64,000 bases of DNA from Selaginella moellendorffii. Taxonomy: Eukaryota; Plantae; Lycopodiophyta. The notes under the pieces were generated by a model, which ran no database searches, had not been told where the DNA came from, and saw only the letters and a program-made list of their open reading frames with translations. The position numbers and the translations under genes were made by a program. The stretch spans positions 2,671,729 through 2,735,728 of the forward strand of contig NW_003314271.1 in assembly GCF_000143415.4 (NCBI RefSeq), read 5' to 3'. Of this stretch, positions 25,088 to 36,753 are shown piece by piece. How positions within the stretch are numbered: position 1 is the first letter of the stretch; each line of letters opens with the position of its first letter.

Positions 25088-28073
25088 AAGCAACTAAAGA
25101 GAATGACTGCCTTGGTTTTTGCTAAATTCCCTCACCAAGGTTCCCGCCTATTGTACTATCTCCTACTTGGTCCTACTCAGTTTCAGCTACTCACTGCACG
25201 AGCAACGGAGTGTTAGCCATCCATCCACGGATTCCTAAATCTTTCTCAATCCCCCTCCCTAGGTTAGACTACACTTAAGGTTCGACTACACTCCCCGCAG
25301 GCACAAGCAGCCAAGCACACCAAGCCTCTAGGTTCTTAACATCCCTTGGTATAACAAGGTTTAATTATGGAACCCTCTAAATCCCAAGCCTTGGGTGCAA
25401 CACTTGTTTCAGGACATCAGGGTGAAACACCGTGGCCTAACGGCCCAGTATGGGTACCTCTACCCCCCCCCACTTCCATCCCAAAGGGAAGGCCCAAGCC
25501 CCTAGGAAGGGTGAGGACCAATGAGCCACAAGGTACTCAAGTGGGACACCACTCCACCAGAGCCAAGAGCACCGCAGTCGGTTTCCCTTTCGGGAGTGGG
25601 AGCTGCTCTTGAGCACTTTCTTGGATGGCCCCTCTGGCACCACCCGAGTCCATGCTCACTCCCACCAAGGCCTCTCGGCCCCAGTCTCAACCTCAAGTCA
25701 GTTTGGAAGCACCACTGAAGAGTTCCTTCAAGACTGGTTCTTAGACCTCACTATCCCTTTCACCCCTTGACCCGTATTAGTACTCAGACTCGGTCTCGGA
25801 CTCGATCTCGAACTCGATCTCAAACCCGACTTTGGACTCGGTCTCGGACTTGATCTCAGACCCGATCTTGGACCCAATCTCGGACTCGACTTCGGACTCG
25901 ATCTCGGACTCGACTTCGGACTCGACCTCGGACTCGGTCTCGGATCCGATTTGGATCTCAGACTCTGTCTCAAACTTGGTCTCGAACTCAGTCTCCAATT
26001 CGGCCTCGGACTCGATCCCAAACTCTATCTCGAACTCAGTCTCAGAGTCGGTTTTGGACTTGATCTTTGACTTGGTCCCACCTGATGAACTCTTTGTCAT
26101 TTCGGTCATGCTTTCGGGGATCTTTTAGCCTACGACACCTCAGGGAGTTGGTTCCTTACATAATGATAGAATCGGACCACAGAGCAACTCCCAAGCCTAT
26201 AGCCTAAGGAGCGAAGAGATAGGAGCACGAAGTGACTTGGAACAATCCTAAAGTATCTAACATCCCAATGCTAAGATCAGCATGCAAAATGGAGCCAAAC
26301 GGAGTTTGGCATTATTTCAGCATACCAATGTCCTAACGCGAGGATATGGGTACTCCACCAGCTAGCATGGTGTGGAGCTTGGGCTTAGACCCAAGCCAGA
26401 CGCAAAACAAGGACAGGTATGCAAGTGAGAGCTAGACTATGCATAAGATTATTAGTCGGCCATACCTGACCTACCCACTATCCCTACTATACATTTGGAA
26501 CCCCCCATGAGCCACAAGGTACTCAAGTGGGACACCACTCCACAAAAGTCGAGAGCACCGCAGTCGGTTTCCCTTTCGGGAGTGGGAGTTACTCTTGAGC
26601 ACTTCCCTGGATGGCCCCTTTGGCACCACCCGAGTCTATGCTCACTCCCACCCAAGGCCCCTCGGCCCCAGTCTCAACCTCAAGTCAATTTGGAAACACC
26701 ACTGAAGAGTTCCTTCAAGACTGGTTCTTGGACCTCACTATCCCTACTATACTTTTGGAACCCCTTGCAGCCCCCCCCCCCCCCCCACCCCCTCCCCCTG
26801 GGAGATGCATGCTTTGGGCTTTCACCCCTTGACCCGTATTAGTACTTGGACTCGATCTCGGACTCGATCCCAGACCCCACTTTGGACTCGGACTCGATCT
26901 CGGACTCGACTTCGGACTCGACCTCGGACTCGGTCTCGGATCCAATTTGGATCTCGGACTCTGTCTCAAACTCAGTCTTGAACTCGGACTCGATCCCAAA
27001 CTGTATCTTGAACTCGGTCTTAGAGTTGGTTTTGGACTTGATCTTTGACTCGGTCCCATCCGATAAACTCTTTGTCATTTTGGTCATGCTTTCGGGGATC
27101 CTTTAGCCTACGACACCTCGGGGAGTTGGTTCCTTACAGAATGATAGAATCGGACCACAGAGCAACTCCCAAGCCTACAGCCTAAAGAGTGAAGAGATAG
27201 GAGCATGAAGCGACTTGGAACAGTCCTAAAGTATCTAGCATCCCAATGCCAAGACCAGCACGCAAAACGGAGCTAAATGAAGTTTGGCGTTATTTCAGCA
27301 TACCGGTGGCCTAACGCGAGGATATGGGTACTCCACCAGCTAGTATGGTGTGGAGCTTGGGCTTAAACCCAAGCCAGACGCAAAACAAGGACAAGCACGC
27401 AAGCGAGAGCTAGACTATGAGTAAGATTATTGGTCGGCCATGCCTAACCTACTCACTATCCCTACTATACATTTGGAACCCCCTATAGCCCCCTCCCCCC
27501 CCCCCCCTGAGGAACACACGCTTTAGGCTTTCACCCCAGGCCTCCCTTAGTATTAAGAGTTAGTCTCTGGGACAAACTCAAAACTTACTAAATATGGAAT
27601 GTCCTTAAATTGCAAATTTGGACACAGGACGAACACCATTGTGTTCAAAACAATCTCTACATTTCATAGATATGCCAAATGAGCAAATCTGGACACTTTT
27701 CATAAATAGCATTTAGAACCAAAATGAGACTAACACAAAGGGCATGATAGCGAGGGTGTTTGGTAGACATGGTAAGCTATCATCCACCAATATTAAGGGA
27801 CTAATCTCAATACGCAAGGGTTTTTGTCAAACCAGTGCAAAAGAGAACTAAGAGCTAAGCTAAGTATGCTCAACTAGAAACACATAGGAGTTCCTACTTT
27901 ATGTCCATCTGGCTAAGTACAAGTGCTAAGCCCAATAAACTAACACTTGAATAAGAGGCGCTAATAAAAGGAACCAGCAATATTGACCTCCTACCATCGT
28001 GGCAGTAAGGAAAAAGCGTTCGTAAGGACTGGCCAACAGATAACTTTCGATACCCGAAGTCACATTCGCGACA
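25088..28073 (+). repeat. Repeat family X (solo-LTR-like, ends ...cgcgaCA) with an internal ~986-bp tandem duplication and (GGACTC)n-like hexamer arrays
   Basis: Unit start atgagccacaaggtactcaagtggg at 25521 and 26507; hexamer arrays at about 25785-26070 and 26845-27055; homologous to 21040-21444 plus 37114-37610. Confidence 0.75.
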
Positions 28074-29398
28074 ATTGTCCTAAATAATATGACATTCACA
28101 AGAGCAACAATTCATATTGGCCAACATAACCATCTAGTGGCGAGTGGGATATACTTGGAGACTTTGGATGTGGTTACATTTGTTGTTTCAAAAATAGTAG
28201 ATCAATCTCCAAGAGCTTAACCTACAATTATAACTACTAAAGCAGTAGATGAGTTGATTCTTCAAAATTTCTTACAATCAATTTTAAACACTATAACATT
28301 TTCATCCTAATAATTGAGCAAAGCACTAAATAGTCTTTTGGCACTTACCAATAAATGAAAGTAAGATCTAGTCAATTTAAAATCTTATTTTGTATTTACT
28401 TTAAAATATCTTTGCAGGATGTGAATTGTAATAGAAAACTTTAGAAGAAAATCTCTCTTTTTTTTTTTTTTTTGAGAAGTCCTCAAGTCTCAATGCAATT
28501 TTAAAGTTTAAAAAATGAGTTTAACTACAACTTCTTCCAAAGCATTGCTTTTCTAGGACTAATCTAAGTTGAAGCCAAAAAATGATGTTATGTTTTCAAG
28601 ATGTTGGTGGATGGTATTAAAAGTGGAGTTGATCTTGTTAAGCAGATGTTACCAAGTATGGATTTGCAATACTCTTGGATATGCTTTAATCATACACACA
28701 GAATTCCTAAATAGTCTATAATTAACTCCCAATGTGTACAATCTAAGGTAAATATGCATTTATTCAATTATTATATTAATAATTATGTAGAGCATAATCT
28801 TTAATAGTGATAATTGTTTATGAGATGAGAGGAGAAGACATGCCAGCTCAAGTTCTTTTTTGGACACTACTGAACAAAATATACTAAGTTGGAACAGGAT
28901 TTTTAATACCACTAATATTTTATGGTTTTGTGAGTGATGAAGCGCAAGCAAATTGATGAGCTATTAGAACTACCTACAATAGTGGTCTAGATAAAGTTTT
29001 AGTTGGCCAAGAGAGGAATTGTTTTTTCCATTAAGGGTAAAGTCTACATGAACACATAGAGAAATATATTCAAGTTGAATATTATGATGAATATAAGTAA
29101 TTGTACTAGAGTTTAAAATTTGCAAACACTTTAGAAAATGCAAAAAAGCAATATAAGTTCATACGTTTATGACAGATTTGAGGTAATGTTTATGAGAAAG
29201 CAATTCCATGACTATAGACTTGGCTAGCATAATGGTTTAATCTTTCTATTATAGATGAGTTATAAAATAGTTGCTACTTAAATTCTAACAATAAATTTTA
29301 CCAAGAGTTACCATATGATGTGGCTAGCAAAAACAAATGACTTTAAACGTGTATCTCTATCTGAAGCTTGCTAGAATGATTTAGTTATTTTTATTCTA

Positions 29399-29570
29399 CT
29401 ATAAGCTCTTGAGTTTGGACTTCTTAGGAGGTCACCCAACTCTATAATCTCTTGAGTTTGGATTTTTTAAGAAGTCAATTAACCCTATAAGCTTATGAGT
29501 TTGGAATTCTTGGGAGGTCACTTAGCCCAGTATTACTCAAACCCAAGGACACTTAACCCTAAATATCCCA
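29399..29570 (-). repeat. 5S rRNA-derived sequence (Cassandra TRIM LTR-like) with a 43-bp unit repeated three times
   Basis: gggaggtcacttagcccagtattactcaaacccaaggacacttaac resembles the reverse complement of the plant 5S internal control region; units start at 29399, 29442 and 29485. Confidence 0.6.
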
Positions 29571-30339
29571 AAACCCTTAATCGATTGGAAAAGGGGGTGC
29601 ACTTTTATTTATGGGCCCTTTCCTTTTATATTTGAACCCTATAGATTGTCTTTCGAGTCATTCCCTTTAATTGCTTACATTTATAACAAGCCTTTATGTA
29701 TGCTTATATGAAAGGCTAGGTTATAAAAAATAGACTGAATCTTAAAGATTTAATAGCACACTTATCTGCTACAACATCAATACGACTTCCTAGTCACAAT
29801 CTCGTAGAGCTGGTGGGATTAACTTTAAATGATCTTGGAATTCACTCTGCAACAAAACCAACTGGGAATCTTAAAACTATCAAAAGGAAGCAACAAGCAA
29901 GTGAGCTGATATAGCTAACAAATTCACACCGTCTCAAGTATGAGTATGTTACTAGAGAATAAAGAGGACCAATGCTTCTAAGCAACCAAAAGTTTATATG
30001 CTTCCAAGTCAAAGAACAAAAAATTCATAAGATTGAGTGGGCTATATATTGACCAAATTATCCAAAAACCAGAATATATACCATGTACTTGGCCAATTGA
30101 AAAAGGATGAACTTGATGAATTTGGAGCTTCAGACTTTGGTTGAAGCATGCTTTAAATTTGAAGAGAACACTTTATAACCACCTATTCTTAAGAAGTTAT
30201 GAAAACAAGAAATAATAAATGTGTGAAGATTACAAATATTTGGTCAAAGGAAGCAAATGCAACATACTCAAAAACATTATAGTTGAAGGCAGAAGTTAAA
30301 AGTGTCAATATCAAGTAGCAGTATCGTCATCATGAATAT

Positions 30340-30520
30340 AAAATTCTCAATTATGAAACTGATATTGTAAACAGGAAGGTTTACAACATCAAAATTAACC
30401 AATTCCCAAGTTGCACTTGCATATACTTCTTTCCATTTTAGACTTTTATCAAGTCTTTCATCCCTTGCAAGCATTATATTTTGTATATTGTATGCTTCTT
30501 AGGATAGATCCAAATGTTTA
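30340..30520 (+). pseudogene. Decayed SWIM zinc-finger exon, possibly transposase-associated
   Basis: Reads VYNIKINQFPSCTC...FIPCKH (CxC...CxH) with an internal stop. Confidence 0.55.
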
Positions 30521-31032
30521 ACTTTGGATTTGTCTAAATATGAAATGTTCATGATATTGAAAAAGAATTAGATATTGGTATTATATTCGAATTTAATATA
30601 AGATAAATAATTTTTTATTTATAAATTACATCTAAAATAACATATAGCATTTTTATAATAGGGATTTTATGTAATAATAATAATAATAATTAATATAAAT
30701 ATGCATTATAAATTAGAGGATGCTTACATAAATAATTAGTATAAATACTAAATATTAAATATTAGAATAATAATTTCTTCTGTAAACAAGTTTATAAGGC
30801 AAAACCTCTATTAAATAGTAACTATTGCTACTAAGATTAGATACTGGTAGTTTATACAAATCTAAATATTACTAAAATTATTAATTTGGTTTAAAATACC
30901 TATTTAATAAAAATATTACTGCTAAAACCTTAATAGAATATTCTTTAGTGTGCCAGAATATTCACAAATTATTCTTGTCAATGGCAATGGAGATCCCCCT
31001 GGGGAGATGGACAATGGAACATAGATTAGTCC

Positions 31033-32335
31033 TCACGTCCTGCACCCCAAAGGCTCCATCCCATCCCTCCTAGACATAAATCTATAGCCAGCAATGAATA
31101 ATTCATGTTGCTGCTCCACAGAGATGACCTTGCTGCCAGGACACATGGCACACAACACCCCTAGCTTCCATATCTCGAGGTAGTGGTTGAGCTTGCCAAC
31201 GGTCCAGCGCTTACCACAGTGCACATCTCGCAGTTGTTCCATGCCTGCCAGTCGAGATCGTTGTCGTGCTCCACACGCGCAAACACCGCTTCAAAAGATT
31301 ACAGCATCCTCCTTAACTCAAGGCTCATCCGCTACCAGCCATGATCTTCAAAGCTCGAATTCATAACTTTGATTGTGAGACTCCAGAAAGAACATGAACT
31401 CAAGCTTCGTGAGAAAAGGTATTGCCAAAGATTATGCCAAATGGTCGACAGGCCAAACCACTTTTGAGCTCACGAGCTCAATGCATACCAGGAGATGCAA
31501 GGTCAAAACAGTCAATAAAAGTCGATAATGTCCTCAAAGCTTATTAGAAAAATACAAAAAAAACTCACTTCTGACCCTGTCAAGGATTTCAAAACAACTT
31601 GTTGCGACGGTACCTGAGAACCTAATCTTCGTACCTGAGCAAGCAATCTTTGCAAGGGCCTCGATGAGTTCCGCTGGATGATCTTCACCATCTCCGCCTT
31701 GTATCCATGCCTGGAAAAAGAAAAATCTTGAGACAATAGCAACAGGGATGGTCCAAAATTGAGCTCCACATTCTGTCATTTCCAGAATGTTCTCCTGTGC
31801 AGTTGTTCTGAGCATGATCGATCAAGCTGCCAAACCTTTGGCTCGTCCAGTCCCAGTATCGCTGCTTAGTTTGGTTTGACAATTTAGTTTGGAAACTAAA
31901 AAGAACTAGAGGTCAGGCAGAACAACACAATCGTCAAACCTCCAGTACCATGTTGCTGTGCTTCTTGGGATCGTGCAAAGGTTGAACACTCACTTGTTGT
32001 TCCTTAAAGGTATTGTCCACAGTGCCAGACGCTGCCCGAGCTCCTCTCCTACAAGGACGCCTACTTCCATAGCCCCACTCCAAGGTCCAGATCTTGCTGG
32101 CTCTCAAGTGCTACTTGAAGACGTGGATGAGGCAGATGGTGGCGGTGTTGTTCGAGCAAGACAAAGGTGATGGTATCGCTGCGAGAGCCATCTCGTTTGG
32201 GGACGCCGTTCAGGAGTGTGGCAACCATGTTATACTTGATCCCTACTGCATCAAGACATAGTTCCAGGATAGCGCTGGCTATAGAGCTTCTTTAGAAAGC
32301 TCGTGAGGTTTGATATAAACCATTGAGGAATCCAT
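31033..32335 (-). pseudogene. Fragmented gene of unknown family
   Basis: Coding-like GC island with splice-like sites and several short broken ORFs; no domain recognised. Confidence 0.3.
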
Positions 32336-32879
32336 TGAACATTTGCTCCTAAATATTTAAACAAACTCTTGAAGTTATTTAAAGACACTAAACATTCTAA
32401 ACAAAATTAATCTGGACCGTCAGATAGAAAAATATACTGCTGATAAATATACAAGCATAGAAATATCGCTAGATTTTTCAATGCCAATTGTGTCCTTGAC
32501 AAATTTACTCACTCCTAGTTGAATTTGTCAGTATTTAGGATTTGGGAATATTGAGGGACCAGTTCCTCTTTCCACCTCATTGCACGGATGCATAGGCCTC
32601 AATCAGCTTTTTATGAAGTCCCAGGCTTTGCTGGGAGCTGTGCATGGAGCCAATGTCAAAAAATTAATGTGAGCACATTCTTGGGGGATTGCTATTGCTT
32701 GGTATGATGGCTGTATGCCATGTATTGTAAGAGTGTATATGGAGCGCATCCACGATGAAAACATAGATACTGCATTTACAGATTCCACTATACGAATCTG
32801 GATTTATGTCACTACACACCACTTGTCTGGGATCCATGCCGCCAGATCTTATTCGAGGAACACCACCATGACCTTGTGA

Positions 32880-33303
32880 TCACACGCCATTTTCCGATTC
32901 CGTGTTGTCATCTATGGTGATTGGAAAACCAATTTCGTCGTCTGTTGGGAGAGCAATGTTGGCGTTGTATCGGCAAGTCTTATTACACCTGATGAAGCCG
33001 ACTTTGCAACAGTAAGTCCCTTGCTCGCAACAATAGTTACAACCACCCAATTGATTACGGAGGCAACAGTAGTACTTCTTGTTGGGATTGCACTCCTCCA
33101 CACAGGTTGCACCGCCAAATGGGGTAGGAATACCGAGGCAGCAATCCTTCTTACCAACTGCGCATAAAGATTTCATTCAGAACAATGGCCAACATGAAAT
33201 TATACTTACGTTTGAAAGGCGTGCATACTTTTGCTGCGTTAGAGAGCCCCACAATTACAAGTGCCATTGCAAGCAGCAAGAGAAGGCGGAATGAGGCAGC
33301 CAT
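32880..33303 (-). CDS. Secreted cysteine-rich peptide precursor, 123 aa (signal, 14-Cys domain, acidic tail); exons 33210..33303 and 32880..33157
   Basis: ATG 33303; signal MAASFRLLLLLAMALVIVGLSNA; a 52-nt GTAAG...GCAG phase-1 intron gives an uninterrupted frame to the stop at 32880. Confidence 0.85.
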
Positions 33304-34674
33304 GAGTTGATAACAAAGAGAATGAAGAACAAAGAACGAAGTGCAAAGGTTCTTAAATTCTCACTCGGGAGCCTCTGCAGCCGTTGGATATCTGGTGCAG
33401 CAGCCGTCAGATCCTGGACCACAAAGAGTTTTGAATCAGACTGGCGAACCTCCATCTTTATCAACCAGTAAATGATTTTTTTAACATTTTGTATGTTGGG
33501 TGCCACGCATGCCCTCCCTTGTAAAAATTTATACAAAAGAGTGGTCCCAGATTGAGCATCTCTTGTCAATCAAACTCAATAGAACACTTAACCATTGATC
33601 TCAATATGACACTAACCACAGGAATATTCCAAGAATATTCCATAACTAATGGGATTTATAGATGCAACATCTTGAAGAATTGGGAAGTTGGCATAAGGCT
33701 CATTCTTTGTTTGTTTCATTGGTATTAAAGTAGCATGTTTTTTTAGGGATGGCAGAAGAGCAGAATATAAATCCTAATGAGGAATATACTGTTAGTGAGG
33801 AAGAATCTCTTGATGATATTATTGTGTGGCAAGGTTATTAGATTTTTGAGGTTTAAAGCAACATTAACGAAGTTTGTCAAAAATTTTGAAAAGGTTAAAA
33901 CCAATTACTAGAGATTATATAAGGGATTTTATTTTTAAATGCATATTATTTGCAAGTTTTGTGATATTTGCTTTAGTCTCACAAGCATCTATAATGAACT
34001 GTTAAAGGTGCAATATTTCATCAAAAGTTTAAGCTTAAGTTAAGAAGGATTTTCTAGCAATCTTAATTGATATTATTATTAAGGCTCAAATCTTTTTGCT
34101 AAAACCATCAATCAACTTGGTCAACTCTGATCAATGGGATGGTCTACAGGGTAGTCAACATGATGATTAGTTAGCCAATTCTTCATATTCGGGGAAGAAA
34201 CAACCATTGTTATGTCATGGCTCGAAGAGTGGAAATGGCAATGAAAGAGAGGGGAAAGAAGAGGGTGAAAATTTCGTAGAGTCAAAAACAGAACCCTAAT
34301 TTGAGTTTAGGGAATTTTTCTTGATTCGAACTCGATGAACAACAGGGGAAGATGTGGGAGATGGTGATGTAGGAGAGATAAGCTGTAATTCCTTCTAACA
34401 GATCTGAGGCTGGACAAAGTATGAAAAACCTTTATTAACTCACTCTAAGGAGTTGACTTCAAATTAGCTTTGATGTAGTTCTTCCACTACAAATAAACTT
34501 TATCACAAAAAAATCAATTTTTACTTTATTCTTATGCCAACAACTTTCTTACAATTCTAACCAAGAATCAACTTCTTTGCTATCACAAACATCCAATGAT
34601 GACTTTCATTCCACAATACCATAATCCTTGACATGCTTAATGTACCAATACTAATTATGAATACAAAATTATGT

Positions 34675-36669
34675 GAAGCAGGAAATCCTTAATGAGATTG
34701 ATAGAATCTTTAAAGTTCCTCTTTCTCCTACCATACGAGATCTGAGGGTTGAATGCATCAGTGGGAATTTTGTGTCTCCATCTTCTGGACTTAGGGAAAT
34801 GTTGCTCATTCGAGTACACATCGGGTCCACCGTCACTGATATCGCCTTCAACACCATCAATAGCAAGTCCTCCTTTGTGGTGCTCAGCCTTTCTTGGTTC
34901 CAATTGCAACCAGACAATTAGGACTTAATGCTTTGGTGCTACTTGACTTGGGTGCAACTTCCTACTTCATGGACACGGACTTTGTTGCTCGACATCGAAA
35001 GAAAGGAGACATGGGATGCAAAAGTTGCAGGAATTGGTGGTGGCTTTGATGAAAGGTGGTGAGGAGCTTGATAAAGAAGAAAAATGATTTTTATTCAAGG
35101 AGTCGAAACAGACAGCTCTTACTTTGTTTGGACAGGGTCGTTTCCCAATTGCAATAGAGGTGGACCTTGAGGCAAAGTGAACTTGAGCAGTTAGGGAGGC
35201 TTCTTGGGACACACAGCTGCTTTGTGATTAGAATCAGTATAGTAGAGGCAAAGATTATGAGATACTTAACGTTGCTTCTCAGTAGGACTCAACTTCCCTT
35301 TGATGAATCGGGGAGTACCAAAGATATTTATCGAAACCGGAGCAATAGGTTCAGGAGTATGCCCTGAAGACTCAAGTTGGGATTCCTGAGTCTAGGATGG
35401 GAAAACAGCGGTGCGGCAACTTTCTTGACGACATTCAAAGAGACGATTGTCACTTCGAACAGCTTTGTTAATGGCGTCTGACAGGTCCGTGGGATCCTCC
35501 ATAGTGAGCAACAAATCCTTAACACTTTTATTGAGGCTAAAACGAAATTGATCAATTAGGGCCCACTCATCCCACTAAGTGTCCCAAGGCAAGGAGTTGG
35601 AACTCTATAGCATAGATCGAGGCAAGACAAGACCCCTAAGAGAGACGTCTCATTTTTGTGGTGGCAGCCCAAACTCGATCCGTCTCGCCAAAGCATGCTT
35701 CAAGCTTTTCTTTGAACAGCTGAAGATCCATCAGCTCCAGACCGTGTTACGAACACGGCCGGGATCCCGGCCGTGTTCACCGTGTTTCACGAACACGGCC
35801 ATGGGTCGTGTTGCCACGGCTGTGTTCGTGAACAGTGGTCCGTGTTAGTAACACGGAACACTGTTCAGAATATTCTCGCATGGAATATTCTGGTTTTAGG
35901 GCGCATGGCATCACACGACAATCCAGCCAGGGCGCACCATTTCAGGGCACAGCAGCAGCAATCCAAGGCAAACAAGCATGGCGCAGCAATCCAGCATACT
36001 GCGAAAGCATCCTTCTTCGCGATGGTGGGATGAGGTAAGTGTTCTTGAGAGCAGGGGGCATGGCCACAAATTATGGTCATGCAAATACTGCCCAATGGTG
36101 AACAAATTGAGTGGTGTTGATCGTGTGCGAGCTCATCTGTTAGGAGAAGGCCCAGGCAGCAAGGATATTGTGAGTTGTCCTCTCATCCCAGGTAACAAGA
36201 AATATTCAGTAGAATATTCGTGAGCCATCGTGGGCCGTGATCGTGTTCCGTGTTTGGGTTCCTGAAATCTGAGGCTCGTGTTCGTGTTCCATGTTCGTGT
36301 TCATAACTATGGCTCCAGAACCACGACCCCTTTCATGCTCTTCTCTAGGAGAGGAAAAAACCATGACAAAGTTACACCTTTGAGCAACATCTCGATCACG
36401 CTGATTTGAGACTCGGAAATGGGGTATTGCCGATGTTGAAGTGCGAAGATCAACTCCATCTAATTTAAGAATCCGTGAAGCTCTGAACACTTGCCTGAGA
36501 ACTTCACTGGGAAACTCACCTTTGGTTCAGGAACTCTGCTTGATCCTTGAGCCAAAAGTGAAGCAAGCTCCTGTTGCATGTGAAGAAGGGTTGCCTTCAA
36601 CTCGGTATTCTAAAACTGGATCTTTGCAAGGACTTTGGCAAAGAAATCAGGATGGCTTGGAGACTCCAT
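34675..36669 (-). pseudogene. Chromovirus gag-protease (disrupted; protease locally inverted; hAT insertion in gag)
   Basis: MESPSHP...EPKVSFPVKFSG..LHGFLN, WDEWALIDQF, and a degenerate zinc knuckle LCLYYTDSNHKAAVCPK; the protease motif LVLLDLGATSYF reads on the plus strand. Confidence 0.85.
35742..36311 (+). mobile_element. Internally deleted hAT (Ds-like) element retaining a BED-finger fragment
   Basis: 8-bp TSD GCTCCAGA at 35734-35741 and 36312-36319; imperfect 16-bp TIRs; subterminal gaacacg/cgtgttc repeats; ORF 35978-36223 contains WSCKYC...RVRAHL. Confidence 0.88.
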
Positions 36670-36753
36670 CGGCAAAGAAGAAAGAAAAGGGGAAGGCAAT
36701 CAAACAATCAAAACGAGCTAAAGTAAAAGCAAAAAACACAATTTGAATCAAAC

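Noticed and set aside
25728-27106. ES/DS/SPR-repeat ORFs; superficially CRISPR-like periodicity
   Set aside because: By-products of a hexamer minisatellite with no unique spacers and no cas genes; the context is eukaryotic.
30930-33645. Paired gaatattc motifs that might be termini of an element carrying the CRP gene
   Set aside because: Similarity is too short and no TSD was found.
33750-34270. Possible decayed MULE/FAR1-like N-terminal exon
   Set aside because: Too degenerate to support.
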